From positions 1,650,001 through 1,682,000 of the forward strand of contig NZ_CP011034.1 in NCBI RefSeq assembly GCF_001465295.1: a DNA stretch of 32,000 nucleotides, in the 5' to 3' direction. This DNA is from Pseudoalteromonas translucida KMM 520 (GTDB lineage: Bacteria; Pseudomonadota; Gammaproteobacteria; Enterobacterales; Alteromonadaceae). Position 1 is the stretch's first letter, and every line of letters starts with the position of its first letter. The position numbers and the translations under genes were made by a program. Below are positions 9,226 through 17,053 of this stretch, piece by piece. The notes beneath the pieces were generated by a model that did not search any database, was not told the DNA's origin, and worked only from the letters and a program-made list of their open reading frames with translations.

Positions 9226-9540
9226 TAGGGCCTGTTGATCTTTCAAGGTTAAATTTGCAGCCGTGTGTTTGGTATTAAGGCAAGGCAGAGCCTATGTGGT
9301 GTGGTTATTCCCCATAAATAGGCGATAACGCAGCATCAATGCCAAACATACGCTGCCCGAAGGGTTCTGCCTAGGAGCGATTGACTCTTTGTTGCCTACA
9401 TGGATGTAGGTAAGGGGCGTGAGCAGGACGCGGAAGCTTTGCTCGGTTTTTACTTAGCCCACTAGGTTACAAATCTCGCGCCGCGATTAAATCGCCCCTA
9501 GTTTGAACAAATTTTAATCCGCAAAGGCCAACAGGCCCTA
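9226..9540 (+). ncRNA. Candidate structured RNA or repeat element, closed by a 12-bp perfect inverted repeat (class unknown)
   Basis: TAGGGCCTGTTG (9226-9237) pairs with CAACAGGCCCTA (9529-9540), and the helix extends to about 9256/9509. Internal stems are 9257-9276/9338-9356, 9392-9400/9405-9413, 9413-9419/9493-9499 and 9421-9425/9440-9444. G-T wobbles are compatible with the + strand only. Local G+C is far above the flanks, and no ORF of 60 aa or more is present. Confidence 0.4.
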
Positions 9541-9654
9541 ATACATATACGAGAACACTTATAAATCAGCGCATATTATCCGAGAATAGAATTATAAAAA
9601 CACATAGGTAAATAATTACTGTCACGAAGTATGTAAATACTAATAAGCTGCTAA

Positions 9655-9685
9655 TTAAAGGTGCCTAATATAACCGCACCTTTAA
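9655..9685 (+). promoter_or_regulatory. Perfect 10-bp stem hairpin or palindrome in the egtB upstream region
   Basis: TTAAAGGTGC (9655-9664) pairs with GCACCTTTAA (9676-9685) around an 11-nt loop, about 78 nt upstream of the egtB ATG. No T tract follows on either strand. Confidence 0.35.
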
Positions 9686-9762
9686 TCTAGGAATACTTAG
9701 TATATGATTTAACATTAGGTTATATTTTAACAGTAAAGTAGTTAAAGGAGTAAATTGCGACT

Positions 9763-11037
9763 ATGACTAATGATATTAAACATTTAGTTGGAAAAAATGA
9801 GCTTAGTGATCATTTTAAATCGGTACGTAAATATAGCCTATCACTCATTAGTGCGTTAAGTGCAGAAGACTGTCAATTACAAGTAATGGCCGATGTAAGC
9901 CCAAGTAAATGGCATCTTGGGCATACCAGTTGGTTTTTTGAAACATTTTTACTTGGCATTCATAGCCGTAATTACAAAGTATTTAACCCTGAGTTTAAAA
10001 TATTATTTAATTCTTACTACAACGGAATTGGTGAGCAATTTAAGCGGGGTAACAGAGGAAGCCTATCGAGGCCGAGTCTTGATGACGTAATAGCATACAG
10101 ACGATATGTTGATGAGGCCGTTATTAGCGTGTTAAATACTGCAATAACCCCAGAAATAGAGCAAATAATTACTCTTGGCCTAAATCATGAGCAACAACAC
10201 CAAGAGCTAATGTTGATGGATATTAAGTATAACTTTTCTATTAACCCAATATTTCCTGCGTACCAATCACTAAAGCCAACTCAAATACCAAACCAGCAAT
10301 CCAGTGCCGCTATAAAATTTATAAACTTTGACCAAGCAATTATAAATATAGGGAGCAATGCTGAAAACCAATTTGCCTACGATAACGAACAACCGAAACA
10401 CCCGGTGCTGGTTCATCCATTTAGCTTTGCTAATAGATTAGTGACTAATGCAGAGTATTTAGCCTTTATTAATAGCTCTGGCTATAGCAACCCGCAACAT
10501 TGGCTAAGTGATGGCTGGGCACATATACAGGCTAATAATTTAACACAGCCATTGTATTGGTATTATATAAACGGGGAGTGGTTTGAGTTTACCCATTACG
10601 GACTATTACCCCTTAACTTAGCCGCGCCGGTTTGTCATGTTAGTTACTATGAGGCTAGCGCTTATGCAAGTTTTGTTAATGCACGCCTGCCTACAGAGTT
10701 TGAATGGGAATATGCAGCCCAACAACACGCACCAAGCAATACAACACATTCGTCACTTTTATTGCCAAATATGGCCGATAGTAGCGCTGCTATTGGGCAG
10801 CTTACAGATAGCTGCTGGCAATGGACAAACAGTGCTTATTTACCTTACCCTGGTTTTAAGCCAATTGCAGGCGTGGCAGGAGAGTACAATGGTAAGTTTA
10901 TGAGCAATCAAACGGTATTACGTGGCGGTTGTGTGCTTACTCCTGCAAATCATTTACGTACAACCTACAGAAACTTTTATTATCCCCATCAAGCCTGGAT
11001 GTGTAGTGGTATAAGACTCGCTAAGGATAAAATATGA
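9763..11037 (+). CDS. egtB: Hercynine oxygenase / sulfoxide synthase EgtB (DinB_2 plus FGE-sulfatase-like domains)
   Basis: 424 aa. The DinB-type N-terminal domain has metal-ligand-like His motifs (WHLGHTSWFFE; NHEQQHQELM). The C-terminal FGE-like domain carries VTNAEYLAFI, WEYAA, GQLTDSCWQWT and VLRGGC. It overlaps egtD by ATGA. Confidence 0.85.
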   Translation: MTNDIKHLVGKNELSDHFKSVRKYSLSLISALSAEDCQLQVMADVSPSKWHLGHTSWFFETFLLGIHSRNYKVFNPEFKILFNSYYNGIGEQFKRGNRGSLSRPSLDDVIAYRRYVDEAVISVLNTAITPEIEQIITLGLNHEQQHQELMLMDIKYNFSINPIFPAYQSLKPTQIPNQQSSAAIKFINFDQAIINIGSNAENQFAYDNEQPKHPVLVHPFSFANRLVTNAEYLAFINSSGYSNPQHWLSDGWAHIQANNLTQPLYWYYINGEWFEFTHYGLLPLNLAAPVCHVSYYEASAYASFVNARLPTEFEWEYAAQQHAPSNTTHSSLLLPNMADSSAAIGQLTDSCWQWTNSAYLPYPGFKPIAGVAGEYNGKFMSNQTVLRGGCVLTPANHLRTTYRNFYYPHQAWMCSGIRLAKDKI

Positions 11038-12020
11038 GCCAAATGACAACAGTAAAGCAGTGCAATATAAATACCACTATAAGCAACTGTGAATTTTTAA
11101 CGGATGTAATAAGTGGCTTAACTCAGCAACAAAAATCACTCCCCTGTAAATATTTTTATGACGACAAAGGGGCAGCACTATTTGAGCAAATAACAAGGCT
11201 GCAAGAGTATTACGTAACCCGTACCGAGCTGGCTATTTTAGAAAGGCACTCAAAAGAGATTGCACAAATCCTACCTGAAAATCTATCAATAATAGAGCCC
11301 GGTTGTGGTTCAGGAAAAAAAATAGCCCACTTATTAGCTCATATGAGCAAAGTGAAAACGTTTGTGCCGTTCGAAATATCTACAGAAATGCTTAACTATT
11401 CATTAGCGCATTTATCGCCGTTATTTCCTGAGCTGGTTATTGCTCCGTTATTGGGCGACTTTACCGATAGCGCAATAGTTAAGCAGCTTATTAAAGAAAC
11501 CGCCCTCGATAGCCAAACTAATTTAGTGTACTTCCCAGGCTCCACCATAGGTAATTTTAACACGCTTAAAGCCATTGAAATAATGAGAAACTTTCAGCAT
11601 TTATGTGGTGTAAATGGCTATGTTTTAATTGGGATTGACTTGGTAAAGCAGCGGCAAGTGCTGTTAGATGCATACGACGATAAACTCGGTGTAACCGCTG
11701 CATTTAATAAAAACTTATTACAAAGAATCAATAACGAACTAAATGGGTCATTTAATTTAGCTAATTTTAAGCATGAATCACGTTATAACGAGCAGCATAA
11801 CCGTATAGAAATGCACTTAGTGAGCCTTTGCGATCAAGCAGTAATAATTAATAACCAACAAATTAATTTTAAACAAGGTGAGAGTATTCATACCGAAAAC
11901 TCTCATAAGTACACGCTAGAATCGTTTAAACAGCTTGCTGCACAAGCAAACTTAAGTTTAGAGCAAACATGGCAAGACGATAATAACTACTTTGCATTAT
12001 GCCTGTTAAGGCCGCTATAA
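11034..12020 (+). CDS. egtD: L-histidine N-alpha-methyltransferase EgtD
   Basis: 328 aa with EgtD-type motifs (YFYDDKGAALFEQITRLQEYYVTRTELAIL; SAM-binding EPGCGSGKK; FPGSTIGNF; IHTENSHKY). It is translationally coupled to egtB. Confidence 0.88.
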   Translation: MSQMTTVKQCNINTTISNCEFLTDVISGLTQQQKSLPCKYFYDDKGAALFEQITRLQEYYVTRTELAILERHSKEIAQILPENLSIIEPGCGSGKKIAHLLAHMSKVKTFVPFEISTEMLNYSLAHLSPLFPELVIAPLLGDFTDSAIVKQLIKETALDSQTNLVYFPGSTIGNFNTLKAIEIMRNFQHLCGVNGYVLIGIDLVKQRQVLLDAYDDKLGVTAAFNKNLLQRINNELNGSFNLANFKHESRYNEQHNRIEMHLVSLCDQAVIINNQQINFKQGESIHTENSHKYTLESFKQLAAQANLSLEQTWQDDNNYFALCLLRPL

Positions 12021-12024
12021 TTTA

Positions 12025-12870
12025 TTAGTAAATAACAACTTGGTTGTTGTTAAATTTATAGTTTAACAACGCGCCATTAGGTGATTGCTGTATAAGCGTA
12101 ACTTTATTTAAACCGTATAGTCTAAATAATAATGGCGCAATAACCGATACTGCTGAACCCGTTGCAGTATCTTCGTTTACACCAAACTGCGGGGCAAAGT
12201 ATCTAAAATGTGCAGTGGCATTTTGTGCTTGGGTATTTTGTACTGTTAGCGCAATAACCGCATTTTTATGCAGCTGGCTTAGGGCTTTAAAATCAACATG
12301 TAAGCGTGTTAAATCGTCTTGTGCATTGAACAATAACAAGGTGTAACCGTTTTTATTGGCACTGCTGTACGCGGCTTTTATTGATAATGAAAACACTCGC
12401 TGTAATTTACGGTAGCAGGGGGATTCTATCGACTCAATACTTGCTAATACTAGCTGAGCTTGTTGCCTTTTAATTTTTATTTTAAAACGCTCATTACATC
12501 CTGTAATAAATACCTGTGGGCAATAAAAAAAATAATTAAGTAAAAAGTTAGCTGCGGCTAAAGTGCCATGCCCACAGCGTTTAATTTCGCTTGTTTGGTT
12601 AAACCAGCGAATTTTACAATAAGGTTTAGTTATCTCATTTTTATTTAAAAATACAGTCGCAGGGTGATTCGATTTTGACGCAATATATTGCATTAATTTA
12701 GAGGTTAAGCCCTTTTTATAAATAACAATTAAAGCACTTGAACCGGCTAAGTTAGCTGTGTGGTTATAAAAAACAGCTTGGGACGATGTGAGTGTTATAA
12801 AGCGCCACTTAAGCCATGCTGGCTTGTGTGGCGCTAAACAAATTCGCTTAGCTTTTGCTAGCATACGCAT
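12025..12870 (-). CDS. PhzF-family (phenazine biosynthesis-like isomerase/epimerase fold) protein, divergent
   Basis: PhzF/YddE-like blocks are present: RWFNQTSEIKRCGHGTLAAANFL and FRYFAPQFGVNEDTATGSA. The ORF opens at 12927, inside asnB. The plausible ATG starts at 12870 and 12864 still overlap the asnB 3' end by about 17-23 nt. The stop lies 4 nt from the convergent egtD stop. Confidence 0.65.
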   Translation of the reverse strand: MRMLAKAKRICLAPHKPAWLKWRFITLTSSQAVFYNHTANLAGSSALIVIYKKGLTSKLMQYIASKSNHPATVFLNKNEITKPYCKIRWFNQTSEIKRCGHGTLAAANFLLNYFFYCPQVFITGCNERFKIKIKRQQAQLVLASIESIESPCYRKLQRVFSLSIKAAYSSANKNGYTLLLFNAQDDLTRLHVDFKALSQLHKNAVIALTVQNTQAQNATAHFRYFAPQFGVNEDTATGSAVSVIAPLLFRLYGLNKVTLIQQSPNGALLNYKFNNNQVVIY

Positions 12871-14521
12871 CGTTATGAATGAGCGCAGCACGCCCAGAAG
12901 GGTCAGCATTGTTTTGAAACGACGCATCCCATGCCAGCGCTTCAGGTGTTGAACACGCTACCGATTTGCCATAAGGTACACATTTAGCGGCGGCATCACC
13001 AGGAAAGTGAGACTCAAAAATAGCGCGGTAAAAATATGCTTCTTTAGAGTCGGGGGTATTTATAGGGTATTTAAACTTTGCATTGGCAAGCTCTTGATCG
13101 CTTACTTGCTCGTTTACAAACTCTTTTAAGGTATCAATCCAGTTATAACCTACACCGTCTGAAAACTGCTCTTTTTGACGCCACAACACTTCCTCTGGTA
13201 AATAACCTGCAAAGCCTTCACGTAAAATATGCTTTTCTATTTTGCCCTCTGTACACATTTTAGCTTGTGGGTTAATACGCATTGCCACATCCACAAACTC
13301 TTTATCTAAAAATGGTACGCGTGCTTCAACTCCCCATGCTGCCATCGACTTATTGGCACGTAGGCAATCAAACATATGCAGTTTAGATACTTTACGGTTA
13401 AGCTCTTCATGAAACTCTTGTGCATTCGGCGCTTTATGAAAATACAAATAGCCACCAAACAGTTCATCTGCTCCTTCGCCAGATAGCACCATTTTAATAC
13501 CCATGGCTTTAATTTGTCGGGCCATTAAATACATAGGCGTAGAGGCGCGAATAGTGGTTACATCGTAGGTCTCTATGTGATAAATCACTTCGCGCAGAGC
13601 ATCAATACCTTGCTCAATAGTAAATATAATAGGGTGATGAATAGTGCCTATCATATCGGCTACTTTTTTAGCCGCCGCTAAATCGGGTGAGCCTTCAAGA
13701 CCAACTGAAAAAGAATGCAACTTAGGCCACCATGCATCGCTTTCGTCGTTATCTTCAATTCGTTTTGCCGCAAAACGCTGGGTTATAGCCGATATAAGCG
13801 ACGAGTCTAAGCCACCAGAGAGCAATACGCCGTAAGGCACGTCGCACATAAGCTGGCGTTTAACGGCAGCCTCTAGTGCGCTTTTAACATCTTCGGCCTT
13901 TGCGCTGTTATTTTTAACGGCATCAAAGCTTTGCCAATCGCGTTTGTAATAAGCTTTAAGCTCGCCATCTTTACTGCTTAGGTAATGCCCAGGCGGAAAT
14001 TCTTCAATGTGCTTACAAATTGGTGAAAGGGCTTTTAGCTCTGAGGCCACGTAAAAGTTACCGTGTTCATCGTGTCCGGTGTAAAGCGGAATAATACCAA
14101 TATGATCGCGGCCAATAAGGTAACTGTCATTTTCTTCATCGTATAAACAAAAGGCAAAAATGCCATTTAAGTCATCTAAAAAGTCGGCACCTTTTTGTTT
14201 GTAAAGCGCTAAAATAACTTCGCAGTCAGATTCTGTTTGAAAGATAAAATCGGTGGTTAAATTAGCCGCTAATTCTTTATGATTATAAATTTCACCGTTT
14301 ACCGCTAAAATATGTGTTTTTTCTGGATTATATAAAGGCTGTGCACCGCTAGAAACCCCTACAATAGCTAAGCGTTCATGTACTAAAACTGCTTTCTTCG
14401 ATGCATAAACACCTGACCAATCAGGGCCACGGTGCCTTAATAACTTCGACATTTCGATGGCTTGCGTACGTAACTGCGCGGGATCAGATTTAATATCTAA
14501 CACCCCAAAAATTGAACACAT
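12848..14521 (-). CDS. asnB: Asparagine synthetase B (glutamine-hydrolysing)
   Basis: 557 aa. N-terminal MCSIFGV provides the Cys2 Ntn nucleophile, and SGGLDSS is the PP-loop. Overall it is collinear with E. coli AsnB as I recall it. GAGGGG Shine-Dalgarno sequence upstream. Confidence 0.95.
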   Translation of the reverse strand: MCSIFGVLDIKSDPAQLRTQAIEMSKLLRHRGPDWSGVYASKKAVLVHERLAIVGVSSGAQPLYNPEKTHILAVNGEIYNHKELAANLTTDFIFQTESDCEVILALYKQKGADFLDDLNGIFAFCLYDEENDSYLIGRDHIGIIPLYTGHDEHGNFYVASELKALSPICKHIEEFPPGHYLSSKDGELKAYYKRDWQSFDAVKNNSAKAEDVKSALEAAVKRQLMCDVPYGVLLSGGLDSSLISAITQRFAAKRIEDNDESDAWWPKLHSFSVGLEGSPDLAAAKKVADMIGTIHHPIIFTIEQGIDALREVIYHIETYDVTTIRASTPMYLMARQIKAMGIKMVLSGEGADELFGGYLYFHKAPNAQEFHEELNRKVSKLHMFDCLRANKSMAAWGVEARVPFLDKEFVDVAMRINPQAKMCTEGKIEKHILREGFAGYLPEEVLWRQKEQFSDGVGYNWIDTLKEFVNEQVSDQELANAKFKYPINTPDSKEAYFYRAIFESHFPGDAAAKCVPYGKSVACSTPEALAWDASFQNNADPSGRAALIHNDAYASKS

Positions 14522-14678
14522 AGACTACCCCTCATTCTTGTTTTTATGTGTATTGCAAAGCAAAATAGCCCTGCGACTCACCTTTGTTTTAGCAGAATTA
14601 ATAACGTAAGTCACACCGCATTTACAAAATAATAAGAATAATTTATGCACCAATATAGCCCGTATTGCACCAAAATGA

Positions 14679-15347
14679 TTAATGTGTGGTGCCGGTTGCT
14701 ATTTTTACATCGCGCTCATTACTCAAAGCTTCGGCTATCATTACTTTTAGCGCATTTATTACCACTTCTTCACTCATGCTTGGTGCGCCATTGTGGTGCA
14801 CAGCTTGGCTTGGCAAATAAGGAATATGAATAAAGCCGCCTTTCATTTTTGTATAGTTTTCGTTTATATAATGCAGCAAACCATACATCACATGGTTACA
14901 CACATAAGTACCGGCAGTATTAGAAATGGCCGCCGGAATATCGCTTTCATGTAAGGTGCTTAACATGCGTTTTATTGGTAAATTGCTAAAATAAGCATCG
15001 GGGCCATTTTTTGCAATTGGGGTATCAATAGGTTGCTTACCGGCATTATCTCTAATGCGCGCGTCGTCTATATTAATCGCAATGCGCTCTATAGATATTT
15101 CGCTGCGTCCACCGCCTTGGCCAACACATAAAACTATCGCCGGATTATGCGCTTCTATCGCGTGGTGTAGTTGTGCAATAGAGGTATTAAACTCACACGA
15201 TAATTCAATAGCGCATACTCTATGCTTCATTATTATATGGTCGTCGAGTTTTTGCACTGCTTGCCAAGAGGGGTTTATGGTTTCGCCATCAAAAGGAGCA
15301 AAACCGGTAATTAACACGCACGCCATAGGGTAAGTTGATTTAGTCAT
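14679..15347 (-). CDS. pcp: Pyroglutamyl-peptidase I (pyrrolidone-carboxylate peptidase)
   Basis: 222 aa with VLITGFAPFDGETINPSW, LCVGQGGGR, ISNTAGTYVCNHVMY (catalytic Cys context) and GGFIHIP. Confidence 0.9.
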   Translation of the reverse strand: MTKSTYPMACVLITGFAPFDGETINPSWQAVQKLDDHIIMKHRVCAIELSCEFNTSIAQLHHAIEAHNPAIVLCVGQGGGRSEISIERIAINIDDARIRDNAGKQPIDTPIAKNGPDAYFSNLPIKRMLSTLHESDIPAAISNTAGTYVCNHVMYGLLHYINENYTKMKGGFIHIPYLPSQAVHHNGAPSMSEEVVINALKVMIAEALSNERDVKIATGTTH

Positions 15348-15455
15348 TGAACACCACGCTATACATTAAATAATATTAACGGCGAGTAAGGTTACTGCCG
15401 TAGGAATTTGTACTTTTATTACACGGTATCTACCTTTAAATCGAGCATAACCTCT

Positions 15456-16394
15456 TTATTTTTTATTATTGCTATTATTTAGTGCCAAACTGAGCTGATA
15501 TAAATGAGCATTTTGTTTATGTTGGGCTGTGCGTGCTTGCTCTAAGGTTACATACTCAAATTCTATATTATCGGCTGCTCTAAACTGTGCAAATTGATGT
15601 AAGTCAGCACTGATCACTGTACCTAGTAGCGGATAGCCACCGGTAGTTTGGGCATCATTAAGTAATACTATGGGCTCTCCGTTGGGGGGCAGTTGTATGC
15701 TCCCTGGGTTTACAGCCACAGAAGGTAATGAATGTGTGTGCATCAGGTTATCTGCATTATTTACTAACCTTACGCCCATTCTATTGCTGTTAGGGCTGGC
15801 TTTAAATTTACCTGAAGTAAAACTATGCAAAAGTGTTTTACCTAATAACTTTGCGTACGGGCTAGGGTGCAAGCGGATAATTTTACGCTGCGGCGGAGCA
15901 AGAGCCCCTGTTTTTATAAAAGGGCCATTAAAAGGCTTAATTGGGATGCAGTCACCACTGTTGAGTGCTTTGCCATCGAGCCCACCAAAGCATGCATTTA
16001 AATCAGTTGATCGGGAGCCCATTATTAGCGGGCACTGCACGCCACCTTTTACTGCAATATATGCTCTTAAACCGGCTCGTCCTATAGCAAAGCTTAATAC
16101 TTGTTTATTTTTAATAGCGTATGTCCAACCAGGGTAAATAGATTGATCATCAAGCTTTGCTTGCAAATCTGCGCCTTGAATGGCAATGACAGTATCGCAG
16201 TTAAATTCAAGCTCACATAAGCCCACAGTTACTTCAAGCACCGCATCGTTGTCGTTATTACCAAGTAGCCGATTAGCTATTAATTGTGCACAGGGGTCTA
16301 AACTGCCTGCTTTACTTACTCCTAAATGACGATAGCCAATTCGGCCAAAATCTTGAATAGTGAGTTGTACGCCTGGTTTTAGTACTTTTATCAT
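15456..16394 (-). CDS. pxpC: 5-oxoprolinase subunit C (KipA / allophanate hydrolase subunit 2 family)
   Basis: 312 aa of AHS2/KipA type (VLKPGVQLTIQDFGR..., NRMGVRL, QTTGGYP). It overlaps pxpB by ATGA (16391-16394). Confidence 0.85.
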   Translation of the reverse strand: MIKVLKPGVQLTIQDFGRIGYRHLGVSKAGSLDPCAQLIANRLLGNNDNDAVLEVTVGLCELEFNCDTVIAIQGADLQAKLDDQSIYPGWTYAIKNKQVLSFAIGRAGLRAYIAVKGGVQCPLIMGSRSTDLNACFGGLDGKALNSGDCIPIKPFNGPFIKTGALAPPQRKIIRLHPSPYAKLLGKTLLHSFTSGKFKASPNSNRMGVRLVNNADNLMHTHSLPSVAVNPGSIQLPPNGEPIVLLNDAQTTGGYPLLGTVISADLHQFAQFRAADNIEFEYVTLEQARTAQHKQNAHLYQLSLALNNSNNKK

Positions 16395-17053
16395 GCGCCT
16401 GCTCCTTGATTTTTTAGCGCTACAAACTCAAGGGTATCGCCTGGTTGCATTAAGCAAGGCTGCGAACGAGTGCTGTTAAATAATGTGGTATTTGTGTGGC
16501 CAATAATATGCCAGCCACCGGGAGTGTCGCTAGGGTAAATACCGGTTTGGGCAGCGCCAATAGCCACCGCGCCTTTTGGTACTTTAATGCGAGGCTCAGC
16601 GCGCCTTGGCGTATGTAGGCGTGTATCTAAACCATGTAAATAAGCAAACCCGGGCTGAAAGCCTAAAAACAAAACATGGTACTGAGCTTGGCTATGTATA
16701 CTAATTACCTCATCAATACTTAAATTATGAAAGCTGGCTACATAAGCAAGATCTTCACCCTCGTATAGGGTTTCTATTAAATGGTGTTTACCAGTAAAAG
16801 CACTGCTTTTAAGCTCATCCCATAACAATGGCAATGCCTCTAGCCATTTAGTTAACCCCGCAGATGACTTTAAATACAAGGTGAGGGAGTTCATCCCCGC
16901 AACTAAGTCGGTAAACTCTGCCGTGTTTTTACAGTGCGCTGCTAAAGCCCAAATCTTCTTTTGTATAGTTAATACATTGTTTGCATCTAAATGTGCTGCA
17001 TCTATTAATAAACTATTGTTACTAAGTGCATAAATGGTAGGAGCCGAACTCAT
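16391..17053 (-). CDS. pxpB: 5-oxoprolinase subunit B (KipI / allophanate hydrolase subunit 1 family)
   Basis: 220 aa of AHS1/KipI type (YHVLFLGFQPGFAYL, PRRAEPRIKVPKGAVAIGAAQTGIYP, PGGWHIIG). Confidence 0.85.
   Translation of the reverse strand: MSSAPTIYALSNNSLLIDAAHLDANNVLTIQKKIWALAAHCKNTAEFTDLVAGMNSLTLYLKSSAGLTKWLEALPLLWDELKSSAFTGKHHLIETLYEGEDLAYVASFHNLSIDEVISIHSQAQYHVLFLGFQPGFAYLHGLDTRLHTPRRAEPRIKVPKGAVAIGAAQTGIYPSDTPGGWHIIGHTNTTLFNSTRSQPCLMQPGDTLEFVALKNQGAGA

Noticed and set aside
9226-9540. Whether the structured element is a known RNA: RNase P, tmRNA, 6S, SRP, a tRNA-like fragment, or a cobalamin, TPP or glycine riboswitch
   Set aside because: I found no GGAAAGTCCGG-type RNase P core, no tmRNA 5' GGGGCTGA or tag ORF, no tRNA T-loop GGTTCGAATCC (only a weak GGTTACAAATC), no TPP CTGAGA or ACCTGATCTGGATAATGCCAGCG boxes, and no convincing B12 box (only GCCCACTAG). 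This rests on memory of consensus motifs, not a covariance-model search, so the element stays an unclassified candidate.
10637-10903. 88-aa + strand ORF inside egtB
   Set aside because: It is an alternative frame within the FGE-like domain of egtB, with no RBS and no motifs.
12030-12055. Hairpin AACAAC-TTG-GTTGTT as a bidirectional terminator between convergent egtD and the PhzF-like gene
   Set aside because: It has only 6 AT-rich base pairs, sits inside the PhzF-like coding sequence, and has no flanking U tracts. Not convincing.
12848-14521. asnB acting as the missing EgtC (class-II amidotransferase) of the ergothioneine pathway
   Set aside because: The protein is full-length (557 aa) with both the Ntn glutaminase domain and the PP-loop synthetase domain, collinear with housekeeping AsnB. 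EgtC is a stand-alone glutaminase-type domain of about 230 aa. The gene is also on the opposite strand, in a different transcription unit.
15670-16137. 155-aa + strand ORF
   Set aside because: It is antisense within pxpC and has no recognisable motifs. Shadow ORF.
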